A DNA stretch of 64,000 nucleotides, from assembly GCA_030141605.1 (NCBI GenBank), contig JAQGDQ010000468.1:62001-126000 (forward strand), in the 5' to 3' direction. Under the pieces are notes generated by a model. It had not been told where the DNA came from and made no database searches. It saw only the letters and a program-made list of their open reading frames with translations. Shown here one piece after another: positions 30,427-41,379 of the stretch (positions are counted from its first letter, which is position 1; each line of letters begins with the position of its first letter). Source of the DNA: Tubiluchus corallicola (taxonomy: Eukaryota > Animalia > Priapulida). The translations under genes were made by a program, and so were the position numbers.

Positions 30427-32013
30427 TTACCCCCTACCTCTCTTTTTGAGATAGGCGTCCAGATACTTTTGCTGCAACTCATCCGAATCCCCATATTTAT
30501 CTCTTAACTCCTGAAGCTTTTTGTGAAGCTCTTTTCGTACGCCTGCATACTTAGGATCATCATATACGTTCTTCATCTCACTCGGGTCTTCCTGCAGATC
30601 ATAAAGCTCCCACTCATCTATATCATAATAGAAATGCATGAGCTTATAGCGATCGGTAGCAACTCCATAATGGCGTTTAACCATGTGTACAGAAGGATAC
30701 TCATAATATGTATAATAAACAGCATCGCGCCACTCATCCGTAAGCCCCCCTACTAACTTACGAAATGACTCCCCCTGAATATCTTCAGGAATTTCAACAC
30801 CTGCATAATCAAGAAAAGTAGAAGCAAAATCAAGATTTTGTACAAGCTTGTCAATTTTTGTGCCAGCCTTAATCTCTTTTGGATATCGTATTAGCAGTGG
30901 GGTGCGAAACGACTCCTCATACATAAACCGCTTATCATACCACCCGTGTTCACCAAGGTAGAACCCCTGATCTGAAGTATAGACAACAATCGTATTATCA
31001 GCAAGACCGTTTTTCTCTAAATAATCCAAAACCTCTCCAACACCGTCGTCAACAGACTTAATACTGCGCAGGTAATCTTTAATATACCTGTTATACTTCC
31101 ACTTGCTTAGCTCTTTACCTTTCAACCCGGCAGCTTTCATTGCATCGTTCTTTGGTGTATATGCGGCAAGCCAGCTATCCAGCTGATCCTTATTAAACCT
31201 CCGTAGCTCCTTGTGAAAACCGGTACTGTCCCCATTAGGATCTGTGATCATCTTGAAATCGTGACCCCATTGCATATGACCGTCTATTTGCATCTCCTGT
31301 TCCCTCGCAGCACTTCCGCGTCCCGAATAATCATCAAAATAATTAGCCGGAGGATCAAATGTTTTATCATCATAAAGAGTTAGGTATTTAGGGGCAGGCA
31401 TCCAATTTCGGTGCGGCGCTTTCTGATGGTAAAGCAAGCAAAATGGCTTTTCTTTATCTCGTTGCTCATCAAGCCACTTTAAAGTATACTCGGTTGTCAG
31501 TTCAGTGCAGTGACCTTCAATACGTCTCATCTCCCCATTAACAATAAAATCAGGATTATAGTATTGTCCCTGTCCCGGAAGAACCATTGAATAATCGAAG
31601 CCCTGCGGAAGTCCGTTAAGATGTATCTTCCCTATTAAGGCAGTCTCATAACCATTTTTTTGTAGCAGCTTGGGGAAATTATCCTGCCCCCAATCAAAAG
31701 GTTGCATATTATCAACCTTACCATTCACAAAGCTGTGCTTCCCTGTAAGAAGAACTGCGCGGCTGGGTGCACATATAGAGTTGGTAACAGTAGCACGCGT
31801 AAAGATTGCACCCTCGGTAGCCAAACGGTCTATATTCGGCGTATTGTTAAGGCTATATCCATAAGCACTAACAGCCTGATAGGCATGATCGTCACTCATA
31901 ATAAACAGTATATTTGGACGCTGAGGTGGCTTGCCTGAGCACCCATACAAAGCAACTGATAGTAACACAACAAAAATAGGGACAGTGAAAATTTTTCTAC
32001 TTAGACAAATCAT
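30427..32013 (-). CDS. Sulfatase (formylglycine, Cys-type) lipoprotein
   Basis: PNILFIMSDDH, CAPSRA, GKIH, KAPHRNW, DKRFMYEES. Confidence 0.93.
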   Translation of the reverse strand: MICLSRKIFTVPIFVVLLSVALYGCSGKPPQRPNILFIMSDDHAYQAVSAYGYSLNNTPNIDRLATEGAIFTRATVTNSICAPSRAVLLTGKHSFVNGKVDNMQPFDWGQDNFPKLLQKNGYETALIGKIHLNGLPQGFDYSMVLPGQGQYYNPDFIVNGEMRRIEGHCTELTTEYTLKWLDEQRDKEKPFCLLYHQKAPHRNWMPAPKYLTLYDDKTFDPPANYFDDYSGRGSAAREQEMQIDGHMQWGHDFKMITDPNGDSTGFHKELRRFNKDQLDSWLAAYTPKNDAMKAAGLKGKELSKWKYNRYIKDYLRSIKSVDDGVGEVLDYLEKNGLADNTIVVYTSDQGFYLGEHGWYDKRFMYEESFRTPLLIRYPKEIKAGTKIDKLVQNLDFASTFLDYAGVEIPEDIQGESFRKLVGGLTDEWRDAVYYTYYEYPSVHMVKRHYGVATDRYKLMHFYYDIDEWELYDLQEDPSEMKNVYDDPKYAGVRKELHKKLQELRDKYGDSDELQQKYLDAYLKKRGRG

Positions 32014-32135
32014 GCTAAATGGTTTTTATATTTAAATAAGAGCCTTTAATTGTGCAAAATATTTATTTTTTTCAAGTTTACATTAAGTTTTCCTAATAAT
32101 TGTTGCTAAAAATCGACATGTTAGGTACTAGATAT

Positions 32136-32143
32136 TATATTTG
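32136..32143 (+). promoter_or_regulatory. -7 promoter box TATATTTG
   Basis: TAnnTTTG upstream of the repeat copy and DUF456 gene. Confidence 0.5.
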
Positions 32144-32234
32144 CAACAATATCAGAGCATGTCACACAATTATAGAAATTTACACAATCCTTGCGATCCT
32201 TGCGAACAGAACTGTATAAATCAAAACATATAAA

Positions 32235-32370
32235 GAAGTTTTTGCAAGACGAAAAAATTGACTTGCACTGAAAAGAATCAACGAAAACTCTCAGCCTGCT
32301 TACGAATAAAGAGTTTAAAAAGTATTTTCACGAAAATATTAACTAAAAAGAAGAGTTTTGCAAAGACCTC
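32235..32370 (+). repeat. ~140-bp dispersed element copy
   Basis: gaagtttttgcaagacgaaaaaattg...ttttcacgaaaatattaactaaaaagaagagttttgcaaagacctc. Confidence 0.88.
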
Positions 32371-32401
32371 GGAATATTTCTTATAACTTTTAAATAACTC
32401 C

Positions 32402-32884
32402 ATGGATATTTTCTTAATTATTTTTAGCGGACTATTGGTGCTAACGGGGCTAGCAGGCTGTATAGTACCCATAGTTCCCGGGCCTCCGCTTTCGTATGTC
32501 GGGCTTTTACTTCTGCATTTCACTCAAAGGTTTAGCTTTTCATGGAACTTTCTTGTCCTGTGGGCGTTTATAGTTATTGCTGTAACTATTTTTGACTATA
32601 TAGTTCCTGCTTGGGGGACAAAAAAGTTTGGAGGTAGCAAGTACGGCATATGGGGAGCTATTGCGGGCTTATTAATCGGCCTGCCTTTTGCGCCTATAGG
32701 GCTATTGCTCGGCCCGTTTGTCGGTGCTGTAGCCGGAGAGTTGATTGGGGGCAGAAAGAGCTCGAAAGAGGCTTTAAAAGCCGGGACTGGAGCATTTATT
32801 GGAGTTATTAGCGGAACAATAATTAAGCTGGTCACCTCAGGAGCAATAGCTTTCTATTTTATTATCAAGCTCGCTTTGGGATAA
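32402..32884 (+). CDS. DUF456 family membrane protein
   Basis: PIVPGPPL, GTKKFGGSKYG, GPFVGA. Confidence 0.9.
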   Translation: MDIFLIIFSGLLVLTGLAGCIVPIVPGPPLSYVGLLLLHFTQRFSFSWNFLVLWAFIVIAVTIFDYIVPAWGTKKFGGSKYGIWGAIAGLLIGLPFAPIGLLLGPFVGAVAGELIGGRKSSKEALKAGTGAFIGVISGTIIKLVTSGAIAFYFIIKLALG

Positions 32885-33016
32885 GGCCTGTAGCTGGTAA
32901 AATAATTCCAGCCTGGCTTTCCAGGTATAAATATCCTAAATTAGAATTATTCTACTTTTAAGCAAAATAACTTGTACATTGTGCACTGAAAATAAAATAT
33001 AACACTTGTCGAAGTC

Positions 33017-34195
33017 ATGAAAAAAATAATTATTTTTTCTTTTTTATTGTTATTAGGACTTGCTCTATCTCAAGTACTACCTTTACTGTTTGGAGGTGTA
33101 TACCATCATATTAACCACTTGCTCAGCTTTATTATGTTTGTTGCTTTATCTTATATAATGATAAATGTAGGACTTGAGTTCGAAATAGAGCGCACAAAAA
33201 TTAAAAGCTATGGCTATGACTATGTTGTAGCAATGACCACTGCTGCTTTTCCCTGGATATTTGTAACCATTTACTTCTTATTTTTGCTGCCGGGAGAGGG
33301 TAGTTTTTCTAACTGGGACTCATGGAAAGAAACATTGCTGCTGGGAAGGTTTGCTGCTCCTACATCTGCAGGAGTTCTATTTACAATGTTAGCTGCTGCG
33401 GGGCTGGCAGAAACATGGATGTTTCGAAAAGCTAGAGTACTAGCTATCTTCGATGACTTAGACACAGTGCTGCTAATGATACCACTGCAGATCATAATGA
33501 TAGGCATGGTGTGGCAGCTCTCTGTTGTATTGATTGTAGTCTCCTTATTGCTGGTGGTAGCATGGAAAAGAATGAACAGAGTTGCAATACCTCATTCGTG
33601 GGGCTGGTTAGTCACATACTCATTCTTAATAACGATTATCTGTGAGGGCGTACATATTCTCACAATGGCAGGACCGGATTCAGCCTCTATTCATATAGAA
33701 ATTCTTATGCCTGCTTTTGTGCTCGGAATTGTTATGAAATGCCCACACCATAATGAATCCCCATCCAAAGTAAAGGCATCATTAGTTATCTCCTGTATCT
33801 TTATGTTACTGGTGGGAATTAGTATGCCGCAGTTTACCAGCCTGGATGACCTGTCATTAACCTCCAATACAATTACAGCATCCCAACCTATGATGAGCTG
33901 GGGAGAAATTGCTTTTCATGTATTTATGATTACTATCCTATCTAATATAGGAAAATCATTCCCTGTATTTTGTTACAGAAGACACACAGTATATGAAAGA
34001 GTAGCCTTATCTATCAGCATGTTTGCCAGGGGTGAAGTAGGGGCAGGTGTTTTAATGATAGCATTAAACTATAATCTGGGAGGGCCCATTTTAATAATAG
34101 CAGTGTTAAGCCTTACTGTAAACCTGGTAATGACAGGCCTGTTTATTGTTGCAGTACAAAAACTACTTGTAAAAAGTCAAAAAGTGTCGAAATAG
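33017..34195 (+). CDS. Cation:proton antiporter family protein
   Basis: Multi-TM; APTSAGVL, LAIFDDLD, ARGEVGAG. Confidence 0.8.
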   Translation: MKKIIIFSFLLLLGLALSQVLPLLFGGVYHHINHLLSFIMFVALSYIMINVGLEFEIERTKIKSYGYDYVVAMTTAAFPWIFVTIYFLFLLPGEGSFSNWDSWKETLLLGRFAAPTSAGVLFTMLAAAGLAETWMFRKARVLAIFDDLDTVLLMIPLQIIMIGMVWQLSVVLIVVSLLLVVAWKRMNRVAIPHSWGWLVTYSFLITIICEGVHILTMAGPDSASIHIEILMPAFVLGIVMKCPHHNESPSKVKASLVISCIFMLLVGISMPQFTSLDDLSLTSNTITASQPMMSWGEIAFHVFMITILSNIGKSFPVFCYRRHTVYERVALSISMFARGEVGAGVLMIALNYNLGGPILIIAVLSLTVNLVMTGLFIVAVQKLLVKSQKVSK

Positions 34196-34199
34196 TAAT

Positions 34200-34330
34200 G
34201 GTAGTGTAGCAATCTTTACACTCGTGCTTCAGAATATCTACCGATATGCCCTCATACACCGGTAAAAAAACTGTGCTTTCATCGGGCCTCCTTCAGCCTG
34301 AAGCAAAATATTTTGCTTCATAAAAAGCAT
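34200..34330 (-). repeat. Degenerate copy of the dispersed element
   Basis: Reverse strand gctttttatgaagcaaaatattttgcttcaggctgaaggaggcccgatgaaagcacag. Confidence 0.5.
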
Positions 34331-34403
34331 AGTGTACTAAAGACTTCATCTTACAAAGGGCTCTAAATACTTAACCCTTTTTTGCATGCACTAAAAAGAA
34401 GGC

Positions 34404-35912
34404 TTACGTTCTTGAGGGAATTTTCAGCCTCTGGCCAGGGTATATTTTCTCCGTATATCCTATATTATTAGCTTTCATAATATCATCGTTAGAAACTCCA
34501 GGAAATTTTCTGGCGATTGTCCACAGGCTTTCGCCTTTCTTCACGACATACACTATGTAGCCATCATACTCAGCTTTATCAACACTCTGCGATGATACAG
34601 TTACCACCCCTTTGGAACCGGACTGTTTTTCTGCAAATGACATCTCATTAAGTTTTCTATAGCGCTCTCCTTGCCCCTTAGGCACATATATTACCAGCTT
34701 CTGGCCAACCCTTATAAGGTTACCGGTATTGTTCCAGTACCGAATATCAAAAGCCTGTACATTAAACCACTCTGCAATGAACCCTATGTTGTCACCAGAC
34801 TTCACTGTATACAACACCTTATCCCCTTCCCCTTCTATTGCGCGACCACCAGTCTTTCTACTGTTGCTGGGTGTGGCTATTTTATTGTCCGGGAAATATT
34901 TTTCCCTATTATATGCATACACCTCCTTTTCGTAATCAATAAACTGAGACACCTTTTGAGTGGGAAGTATCAATGCATAAGGCTTCCCCTTTTTTGCTGG
35001 TATAATATTTCGCCAGTATTGAGGATTTAAACGGGTTAACTCATTACTATCAATATCAAGAATTGCACTCAGCTGATCAAAATGTAGATAGTCCTGTACA
35101 TGAAGTGTATCAACAACGATATTAAAATTTGGTGTATCAGGCACCAGGTGATGCTCTTTTGCATAATGCATAGCGTAGCTGGCCGCAGTAAATGCCGGCA
35201 CATAAGTACGTGTTTCAGAGGGAAGAAAACGATAAATATCCCAATAGTTTCTCACTCCTCCTGATCGCCGGATCGCTTTGTTTACATTTCCCGGACCGCA
35301 GTTATATGCTGCAATCACCAATGGCCAGTCTTTATACATTTTATACAAATCCCGCAAGTACCTTACAGCAGCATCTGTAGACTTTATAGGATCGCGGCGC
35401 TCATCAACAAACGATGTTATCTCTAATCCATACTCTTTACCGGTGCGATACATAAACTGCCAAAGCCCACACGCCCCAGCTCTTGACGTAGCCTTCTCAT
35501 TTAACGCGGACTCAATTATTGCCATATACTTTAGCTCCAATGGCATTTCATACCTATCCAATATCTCTTCAAAAATCGGAAAATAGTAGTCTGCAAGGCC
35601 CAGCATAGAAGAAACCTGCTTGCGCCCTTTTTCCTTTATAGTATAATGATGAATTAGCTTCTTAACTGTAGAATTAAAGGAGAGATCAACATATGAATCC
35701 ATAGCCTCCAGCCTTTTTTTGTATACGGAATCAGACAGCAGGTGCATTAAGGAATCAGGCGGTGCATAGTCCGAGGCAGCCTTAGACACAGGAACAGATT
35801 GAAACTCGTTAAAACCTACCCCCTGCTGACAATACCCCTTTGCAGACAACTCAAACAGTCCGCACACTATCAGGGTACATATTAGTGCACATAACTTACA
35901 CCTTATACTCAT
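34404..35912 (-). CDS. mltD: Lytic murein transglycosylase D with two LysM domains
   Basis: IIESAL, GLWQFM, AAYNCG, ETRTYVP, YTVKSGD, YVVKKGESLW; likely start MSIRCK at 35912. Confidence 0.9.
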   Translation of the reverse strand: MSIRCKLCALICTLIVCGLFELSAKGYCQQGVGFNEFQSVPVSKAASDYAPPDSLMHLLSDSVYKKRLEAMDSYVDLSFNSTVKKLIHHYTIKEKGRKQVSSMLGLADYYFPIFEEILDRYEMPLELKYMAIIESALNEKATSRAGACGLWQFMYRTGKEYGLEITSFVDERRDPIKSTDAAVRYLRDLYKMYKDWPLVIAAYNCGPGNVNKAIRRSGGVRNYWDIYRFLPSETRTYVPAFTAASYAMHYAKEHHLVPDTPNFNIVVDTLHVQDYLHFDQLSAILDIDSNELTRLNPQYWRNIIPAKKGKPYALILPTQKVSQFIDYEKEVYAYNREKYFPDNKIATPSNSRKTGGRAIEGEGDKVLYTVKSGDNIGFIAEWFNVQAFDIRYWNNTGNLIRVGQKLVIYVPKGQGERYRKLNEMSFAEKQSGSKGVVTVSSQSVDKAEYDGYIVYVVKKGESLWTIARKFPGVSNDDIMKANNIGYTEKIYPGQRLKIPSRT

Positions 35913-35975
35913 TACGATGAAAAATTTATACATTAATCTTTTTTTATATATCATCACTGCTCCTGCCATTAAATT

Positions 35976-36121
35976 GAGGACATTACAAAACACACCCTCG
36001 GGTTACCTATTATCTCTTCTCTTAAGCCTCCTTTAGAATCATAACTTTATGCTAACACGATGTAGACTTTCACCTAACTTTTATCTACCTGAAACAAAAC
36101 CCTTCGCATTGCAAAAACGCT
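35976..36121 (-). repeat. Degenerate full-length copy of the dispersed element
   Basis: Reverse strand gcgtttttgcaatgcgaagggttttgtttcaggtagataaaag...gtgttttgtaatgtcctc. Confidence 0.6.
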
Positions 36122-36131
36122 ACAGTAAAAA

Positions 36132-36788
36132 TTAAAACCTAATTTTCAATCTTAGACCCGCAGGCTGCTGGTTACTCCATAAATCAATTGGTACCGGTTC
36201 AATTCTCATAGTTAGCCCGTCACTAACATCATAATCCATAAGATTTGCATCTACACTGGCATCAATTATTGTAAGTATATGTAGCACAATCATTCCGATT
36301 ACGTTATAGTCTCTATTCCGCCGAAAATAGTCTTTACTTCTCTCCAGTGACTCCTTAACATGGTCAAAATGTCGCTGCTGAGTCAAATCTATTGACGGAT
36401 TATTAAGAAATTCATTTAAAAAATCTATTTCACTCTGTGGCATCTCTTCCGGGCCAGCATATTGTGACATTGTTCGAAATGCCTCAAAATACTTATTATA
36501 GAAGTTGTTGTTCCACCCAAATCCGTAGATTAGTCCAGCATACCCTCCGTATATGATAGGAAGCTTCCAGTACTTGTTGTTGTATATCTGTCCACCTCCC
36601 GGAAACAGCGCCGAGTACAATGATGCTTTCTTTGGAGATGGTAGTTCAGAAGTGCTGGTTACTGAGGGAATCAGCACTGTCACACTATCGCCATTTTCCT
36701 GGCTGCCCTGTGCTGAAGAAAAGATGCAACACAGCAACATGCAAGACAGTACTAAAACTCCGACTAACAACTTTTTTGTGGTACCCAC
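36132..36788 (-). CDS. DUF5683 domain protein
   Basis: PKKASLYSALFPGGGQIYNNKYWKLP, IDASVDA; conserved parB-DUF5683 order. Confidence 0.9.
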   Translation of the reverse strand: MGTTKKLLVGVLVLSCMLLCCIFSSAQGSQENGDSVTVLIPSVTSTSELPSPKKASLYSALFPGGGQIYNNKYWKLPIIYGGYAGLIYGFGWNNNFYNKYFEAFRTMSQYAGPEEMPQSEIDFLNEFLNNPSIDLTQQRHFDHVKESLERSKDYFRRNRDYNVIGMIVLHILTIIDASVDANLMDYDVSDGLTMRIEPVPIDLWSNQQPAGLRLKIRF

Positions 36789-36798
36789 AAGAACAAAT

Positions 36799-37680
36799 TT
36801 ACGAATTCAATCGGTCAAAAATACCAATAATTCTTTCTAATTCATTAGTGTCGCTGAATGAAATCATAATCTTGCCTTTGCCACTGTTGTTGATCCTAAA
36901 ATCAACACTTGTACTAAAGTGTTTCTCCAGATGATTTTTTAAAATATGATACTCCTTGGGTATTTTTACCCCAGCCTTCTGAAGCTTACCCTCTATCTCA
37001 TTCCCAAGGCTAGTGCGGCGAACTAGTTCTTCAGTTTTTCTTACCGATAGATCTTCCCGCTCTATCTGCCTGCATATCTTTATTTGTGTGTCGTGATCGG
37101 TAATATTAATCAAAGATTTTGCGTGCCCCATACTAATTTTTTGTTCACGAATTGCTTTTTGTATGGTAGCAGGCAGCTTTAGTAATCTTATATAATTTGA
37201 AATTGTTGAGCGTCTTTTACCTACTTTATCGCTCAGACTTTCCTGGGTTAACTGGCACTCGTCAATCAATCTTTGGTAGCTGAGAGCCACCTCAATAGCG
37301 TCAAGATCCTCTCTTTGCACATTCTCTACAAGAGCCAGCTCAAGCATCTCGTCATCACCGGCTTCACGTATGAAAGCGGGGATCTTTTTCAACCCAACCT
37401 CCTTTGCTGCACGAATACGACGCTCCCCTGCAATTATCTGAAACTTACCTCCGTCCAGCTTCCTAAGGGTTATAGGCTGGATAATCCCATTCTCTTTTAT
37501 AGAAGTTGCCAATTCTGCCAGCGCTTCTCTATCAAAATTGATACGTGGCTGATATGGGTTAGCTTCAATTTCCGAAATACTTATTTCGTTTGACATAGAG
37601 GCCTTCGCTGATTCTTTTGCATTATCTGCATTATCAATCAGAGCTCCAAGCCCTCTTCCTAGTGCGTTACGTTTTGCCAT
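36799..37680 (-). CDS. parB: Chromosome partitioning protein ParB
   Basis: ALGRGLGAL, NPYQPR, IAGERR, ENVQREDL. Confidence 0.96.
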   Translation of the reverse strand: MAKRNALGRGLGALIDNADNAKESAKASMSNEISISEIEANPYQPRINFDREALAELATSIKENGIIQPITLRKLDGGKFQIIAGERRIRAAKEVGLKKIPAFIREAGDDEMLELALVENVQREDLDAIEVALSYQRLIDECQLTQESLSDKVGKRRSTISNYIRLLKLPATIQKAIREQKISMGHAKSLINITDHDTQIKICRQIEREDLSVRKTEELVRRTSLGNEIEGKLQKAGVKIPKEYHILKNHLEKHFSTSVDFRINNSGKGKIMISFSDTNELERIIGIFDRLNS

Positions 37681-37711
37681 AGCCTAAAAAGATTTAGCAA
37701 ACTGTTACTTA

Positions 37712-38509
37712 TTATTTGACAGCCTCTCTCTTTTTCGATTTATCTTTATTATAATTCTCAATTAACTCCTTAGCTACATTCAGGTAGTTGACCGACCCTT
37801 TCGATCCCGCATCATATTCGATCGCCGGAACTCCGTAACTGGGAGCTTCAGACAGACGAATATTGCGTGACACCACAGTGCTAAAAACCATCTCCTGGAA
37901 ATGCTTTTTAACCTCCTCATACACTTGGTTAGATAAATTCAACCGAGAGTCGTACATAGTCAGCAAAAAACCCTCAATTGCCAGCCTAGTGTTCAGATGC
38001 TCCTGAATAATCTTTATTGTATTTAGTAGCTTCCCAAGACCCTCCAGTGCAAAATATTCACACTGCACAGGTATTATTACAGAATCGGCCGCTGTAAGCA
38101 CATTTACTGTAATGAGCCCCAGTGAGGGGGAGCAGTCAATAAAAATAAAATCGTAATTCTCTCTGACCTTTGATAAAGTTTTTTCTAAAACCCTCTCCCT
38201 GTCAGGAATATTTAATATTTCTATCTCCGCGCCTACCAAATCAATATGAGAAGGAAGAATATCAAGATTTTCTGTTTTTGTTTTCAATATAACCTTGTCC
38301 GGGTCTGTATTATCAATGATACACTCGTAAATACTACTCTCAATATTACGAGTATCCACCCCCAGTCCGGATGTTGCATTGGCCTGAGGATCAGCATCAA
38401 TAATCAATATTTTATACTCCAGAATAGCCAGACTGGCAGCTAGATTGATGGCAGTAGTGGTTTTTCCAACACCCCCCTTTTGATTTGCAATAGCAATTAT
38501 CTTTCCCAT
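37712..38509 (-). CDS. parA: Chromosome partitioning ATPase ParA/Soj
   Basis: [35 protein letters not shown]. Confidence 0.96.
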   Translation of the reverse strand: MGKIIAIANQKGGVGKTTTAINLAASLAILEYKILIIDADPQANATSGLGVDTRNIESSIYECIIDNTDPDKVILKTKTENLDILPSHIDLVGAEIEILNIPDRERVLEKTLSKVRENYDFIFIDCSPSLGLITVNVLTAADSVIIPVQCEYFALEGLGKLLNTIKIIQEHLNTRLAIEGFLLTMYDSRLNLSNQVYEEVKKHFQEMVFSTVVSRNIRLSEAPSYGVPAIEYDAGSKGSVNYLNVAKELIENYNKDKSKKREAVK

Positions 38510-38723
38510 ATATTTACACCCTGATTTAAAAATATTCTGGACAAAAATAACATTTAATAACGAAACGGGTTACTCATATTTATTTTTCGTCTGAAAGTAA
38601 GTGTTGATAACTATCACGTTTTTAACATTTCCAAGCCTCAATACCATTTTACAACTACTATAATTAATTGTTTCTCAGCCATAGCGAACTTAGCATTACC
38701 ATGCAAAAAGTTGATAAAATTAT

Positions 38724-38850
38724 AAGGCCTTCACAAAACTCATTCCTTAATTAATATTTTCGCCAAAACTCTTTTTAAACACCCCCGGGATGTAAGTTTT
38801 TGAAAAAGAGAGATTTTTTTATTCTTTAAAAAATTATAACCAGAGCCGGT
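38724..38850 (-). repeat. Copy of the dispersed element (right end clear, left end decayed)
   Basis: aaggccttcacaaaactcattccttaattaatattttcgccaaaactctttttaaa is the reverse complement of the family right end. Confidence 0.8.
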
Positions 38851-38921
38851 AACATAAATAGCTTTCATTATTACAAACACTATTTTTCATTAAATTTGAC
38901 CTGCTTTTTTATTAACCTACT

Positions 38922-39671
38922 ATGGATAGGCTTAAAGTGTCGGTGGTCTCTTACTTAAATGCAGAGCCTTTTGTTTATGGCTTGCATAACTCCGAAGTAT
39001 CTGGTTTAGTAAAACTTATCCCTGATACTCCATCTACCTGTGCAAGGAAGTTGGCAGAAGGTAGTGTAGACATAGGGCTGATACCAACAGCCTCTATTCC
39101 CGGCAACCCCGACATTGATATCATTTCGGACTACTGCATAGGTTCGTCAGGAGAAGTGCGAACAGTGGTCCTTGCCAGCAATGTACCTGTTAAAAACATC
39201 AACAAGATTATTTTGGATAAAGAGTCAAAAACCTCTGCTCTGCTTGCGCAGGTGCTTGCTAAAAACTATTGGCACATAGCTCCTGATTGGAAGGATGGGG
39301 GTTATAACTTTGAAAAAGAATCAATTATCGGCAATGTAGCAGGATTGGTTATTGGCGATAAGGTTTTTGAAATAGAAAGTCGGTACCCATACATATATGA
39401 CCTGGGAGAGGAGTGGAAAAAACTATCTGGATACGGCTTTGCCTTTGCGTGTTGGGCAACTAACCGAAAGCTTTCAGGTATGTTTAAAGACATGTTTAAT
39501 AATGCTCTTAAACTTGGCATTGATAACATTTGCCGGGTGGCCGACAAAAATATGGGCAAGTATCCCGGCCTCAATGTATATAATTATTATACTAAAAATA
39601 TTAGCTTTGTATTTGACAGAGATAAGCGCAAAGGCCTTGAACTATTTTGGAAATATATTGAGAGTATTTGA
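38922..39671 (+). CDS. mqnA: Chorismate dehydratase, futalosine menaquinone pathway
   Basis: VSYLNAEPF, G.VDIGLIP, ESKTS, LVIGD, DLGEEW, FAFACW. Confidence 0.85.
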   Translation: MDRLKVSVVSYLNAEPFVYGLHNSEVSGLVKLIPDTPSTCARKLAEGSVDIGLIPTASIPGNPDIDIISDYCIGSSGEVRTVVLASNVPVKNINKIILDKESKTSALLAQVLAKNYWHIAPDWKDGGYNFEKESIIGNVAGLVIGDKVFEIESRYPYIYDLGEEWKKLSGYGFAFACWATNRKLSGMFKDMFNNALKLGIDNICRVADKNMGKYPGLNVYNYYTKNISFVFDRDKRKGLELFWKYIESI

Positions 39672-39692
39672 TGCATAAATATTTTGATACAG

Positions 39693-41102
39693 ATGAAGCA
39701 TACTATACAACTACTACTTATACTTACTCTCGCCTTCAAGGTCTCTTCCTCTTCTTCTGTGCTAGATACTATTGATGCTAATAAGAAGCGGGTATTCAGA
39801 TACGACATTACAGGCAATATCAGCCCCGGTACATGGAGGCAGACCAAACAGGCATTTGAGGAGGCAGACTCCTTTAGTGCAGACCTGTTTGTTATTCAGT
39901 TAAATACTTACGGGGGAACAGTCCTGGATGCAGATTCAATCAGAACCATAATACTCGATAGCGACATACCCACTTATGTATTTATAAATAACAATGCCGC
40001 TTCAGCAGGCGCATTAATTTCGATTGCGTGCGATAGTATATATATGAAAGCAGGTGCCAGTATTGGCGCGGCAACTGTTGTAGACCAAACAGGTGATATG
40101 CTGCCTGATAAATATCAGAGCTATATGCGGTCTGTAATGCGGGCAACTGCCGAGGCGCAGGGCAAAGATACTGTAGTGGCCAATAACGACACAACTATAA
40201 GATGGAGAAGAAACCCCGATATTGCGGAAGCAATGGTCGATGAACAATTGTTTATAGAAGGTGTTTCCGATACAGGCAAAGTACTAACAATGACACCTAC
40301 GGAGGCCATAGAACTTGGTTTTTGCGAAGGAATTGCTGAAGATATTTATGAGGTTATAGAGAAGTCCGGTTTTGAAAACTATGAAATAAGAGAGTACAAA
40401 CCCACTACTCTTGAAAAGCTAATTGGTTTTTTGGTGAGCCCTTACGTGTCAGGGATCTTAATCATGATAATTATCGGAGGCATATACTTTGAAATGCAAA
40501 GCCCGGGGATTGGTTTTCCGATTGCAGCATCAATAACTGCTGCTATACTTTACTTTTCACCTCTTTACCTTGAAGGGCTTGCCGAAAACTGGGAGATTAT
40601 CATCTTTGCAGTCGGAGTATTCCTGATAGCAGTAGAAATATTTGTAATTCCCGGCTTTGGAATTGCCGGGATATCCGGAATTATCATGGTTATGGCAGGA
40701 CTTATTCTAAGCATGATCGGTAATGTCCGGTTTAACTTTGACGGTGTTGCCACAAGCGAGATCATCCGCGCTTTTGTAGTGGTACTTGCTGCAATAACTG
40801 CCGCCTTCATTTTCTCTCTATGGGGTAGTAAAAAGGTGTTTGTCTCTTCTGGAGGTCCATTCAAAAATCTTGCATTAAAAATGACAGAAGATAAAGCAGA
40901 TGGATTTATAGGAGTAGACACAGATAATATAAATATGGTTGGAAGAACAGGAGTTGCAGAAACTGTACTGCGCCCTTCCGGCAAGATCGACATTGAGGGA
41001 GACATCTTTGATGCGAGCGCAGAGATAGGCTATATAGAAAAGGGTGAAAAGATAAAAGTAATGAAATATGCAGCCGGACAACTATATGTGCAAAAGGCAT
41101 AG
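39693..41102 (+). CDS. nfeD: NfeD family membrane serine protease (long form)
   Basis: LNTYGG, NAASAGALIS, FE..SPG, EIFVIPGFG, LRPSGK. Confidence 0.9.
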   Translation: MKHTIQLLLILTLAFKVSSSSSVLDTIDANKKRVFRYDITGNISPGTWRQTKQAFEEADSFSADLFVIQLNTYGGTVLDADSIRTIILDSDIPTYVFINNNAASAGALISIACDSIYMKAGASIGAATVVDQTGDMLPDKYQSYMRSVMRATAEAQGKDTVVANNDTTIRWRRNPDIAEAMVDEQLFIEGVSDTGKVLTMTPTEAIELGFCEGIAEDIYEVIEKSGFENYEIREYKPTTLEKLIGFLVSPYVSGILIMIIIGGIYFEMQSPGIGFPIAASITAAILYFSPLYLEGLAENWEIIIFAVGVFLIAVEIFVIPGFGIAGISGIIMVMAGLILSMIGNVRFNFDGVATSEIIRAFVVVLAAITAAFIFSLWGSKKVFVSSGGPFKNLALKMTEDKADGFIGVDTDNINMVGRTGVAETVLRPSGKIDIEGDIFDASAEIGYIEKGEKIKVMKYAAGQLYVQKA

Positions 41103-41124
41103 CACTACCACTGACAAGAAAGAT

Positions 41125-41270
41125 GCTGCCTGTACAAAATCACATCTTCTCACCTGCTATTTTTTTAACTGACAATGCCTTGAAAAACAACACCCTACAC
41201 AAACAAGATGCAATTCCCACCTATGTTTTTCCTCCAATATGAGCTAAAACTTTGGATTTGTAAAGGCCTT
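41125..41270 (-). repeat. Degenerate full-length copy of the dispersed element
   Basis: Reverse strand aaggcctttacaaatccaaagttttagctcatattggaggaaaaa...gagaagatgtgattttgtacaggcagc. Confidence 0.65.
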
Positions 41271-41305
41271 AAAATATAAAAAATTGTACTTTTGCCCCAT
41301 AATGA

Positions 41306-41379
41306 GGGGCCGTAGCTCAGTTGGCTAGAGCGTTTGACTGGCAGTCAAGAGGTCGTCGGTTCGATCCCGATCGGCTCCA
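41306..41379 (+). tRNA. tRNA-Ala(GGC)
   Basis: GGGGCCG/CGGCTCC acceptor stem with G3.U70, CTGGCAG anticodon loop, GGTTCGATCCC T-arm. Confidence 0.96.

Noticed and set aside
35913-35993. N-terminal extension of mltD in the ORF track
   Set aside because: The upstream start lies inside a repeat copy; the signal-peptide-like sequence begins at 35912
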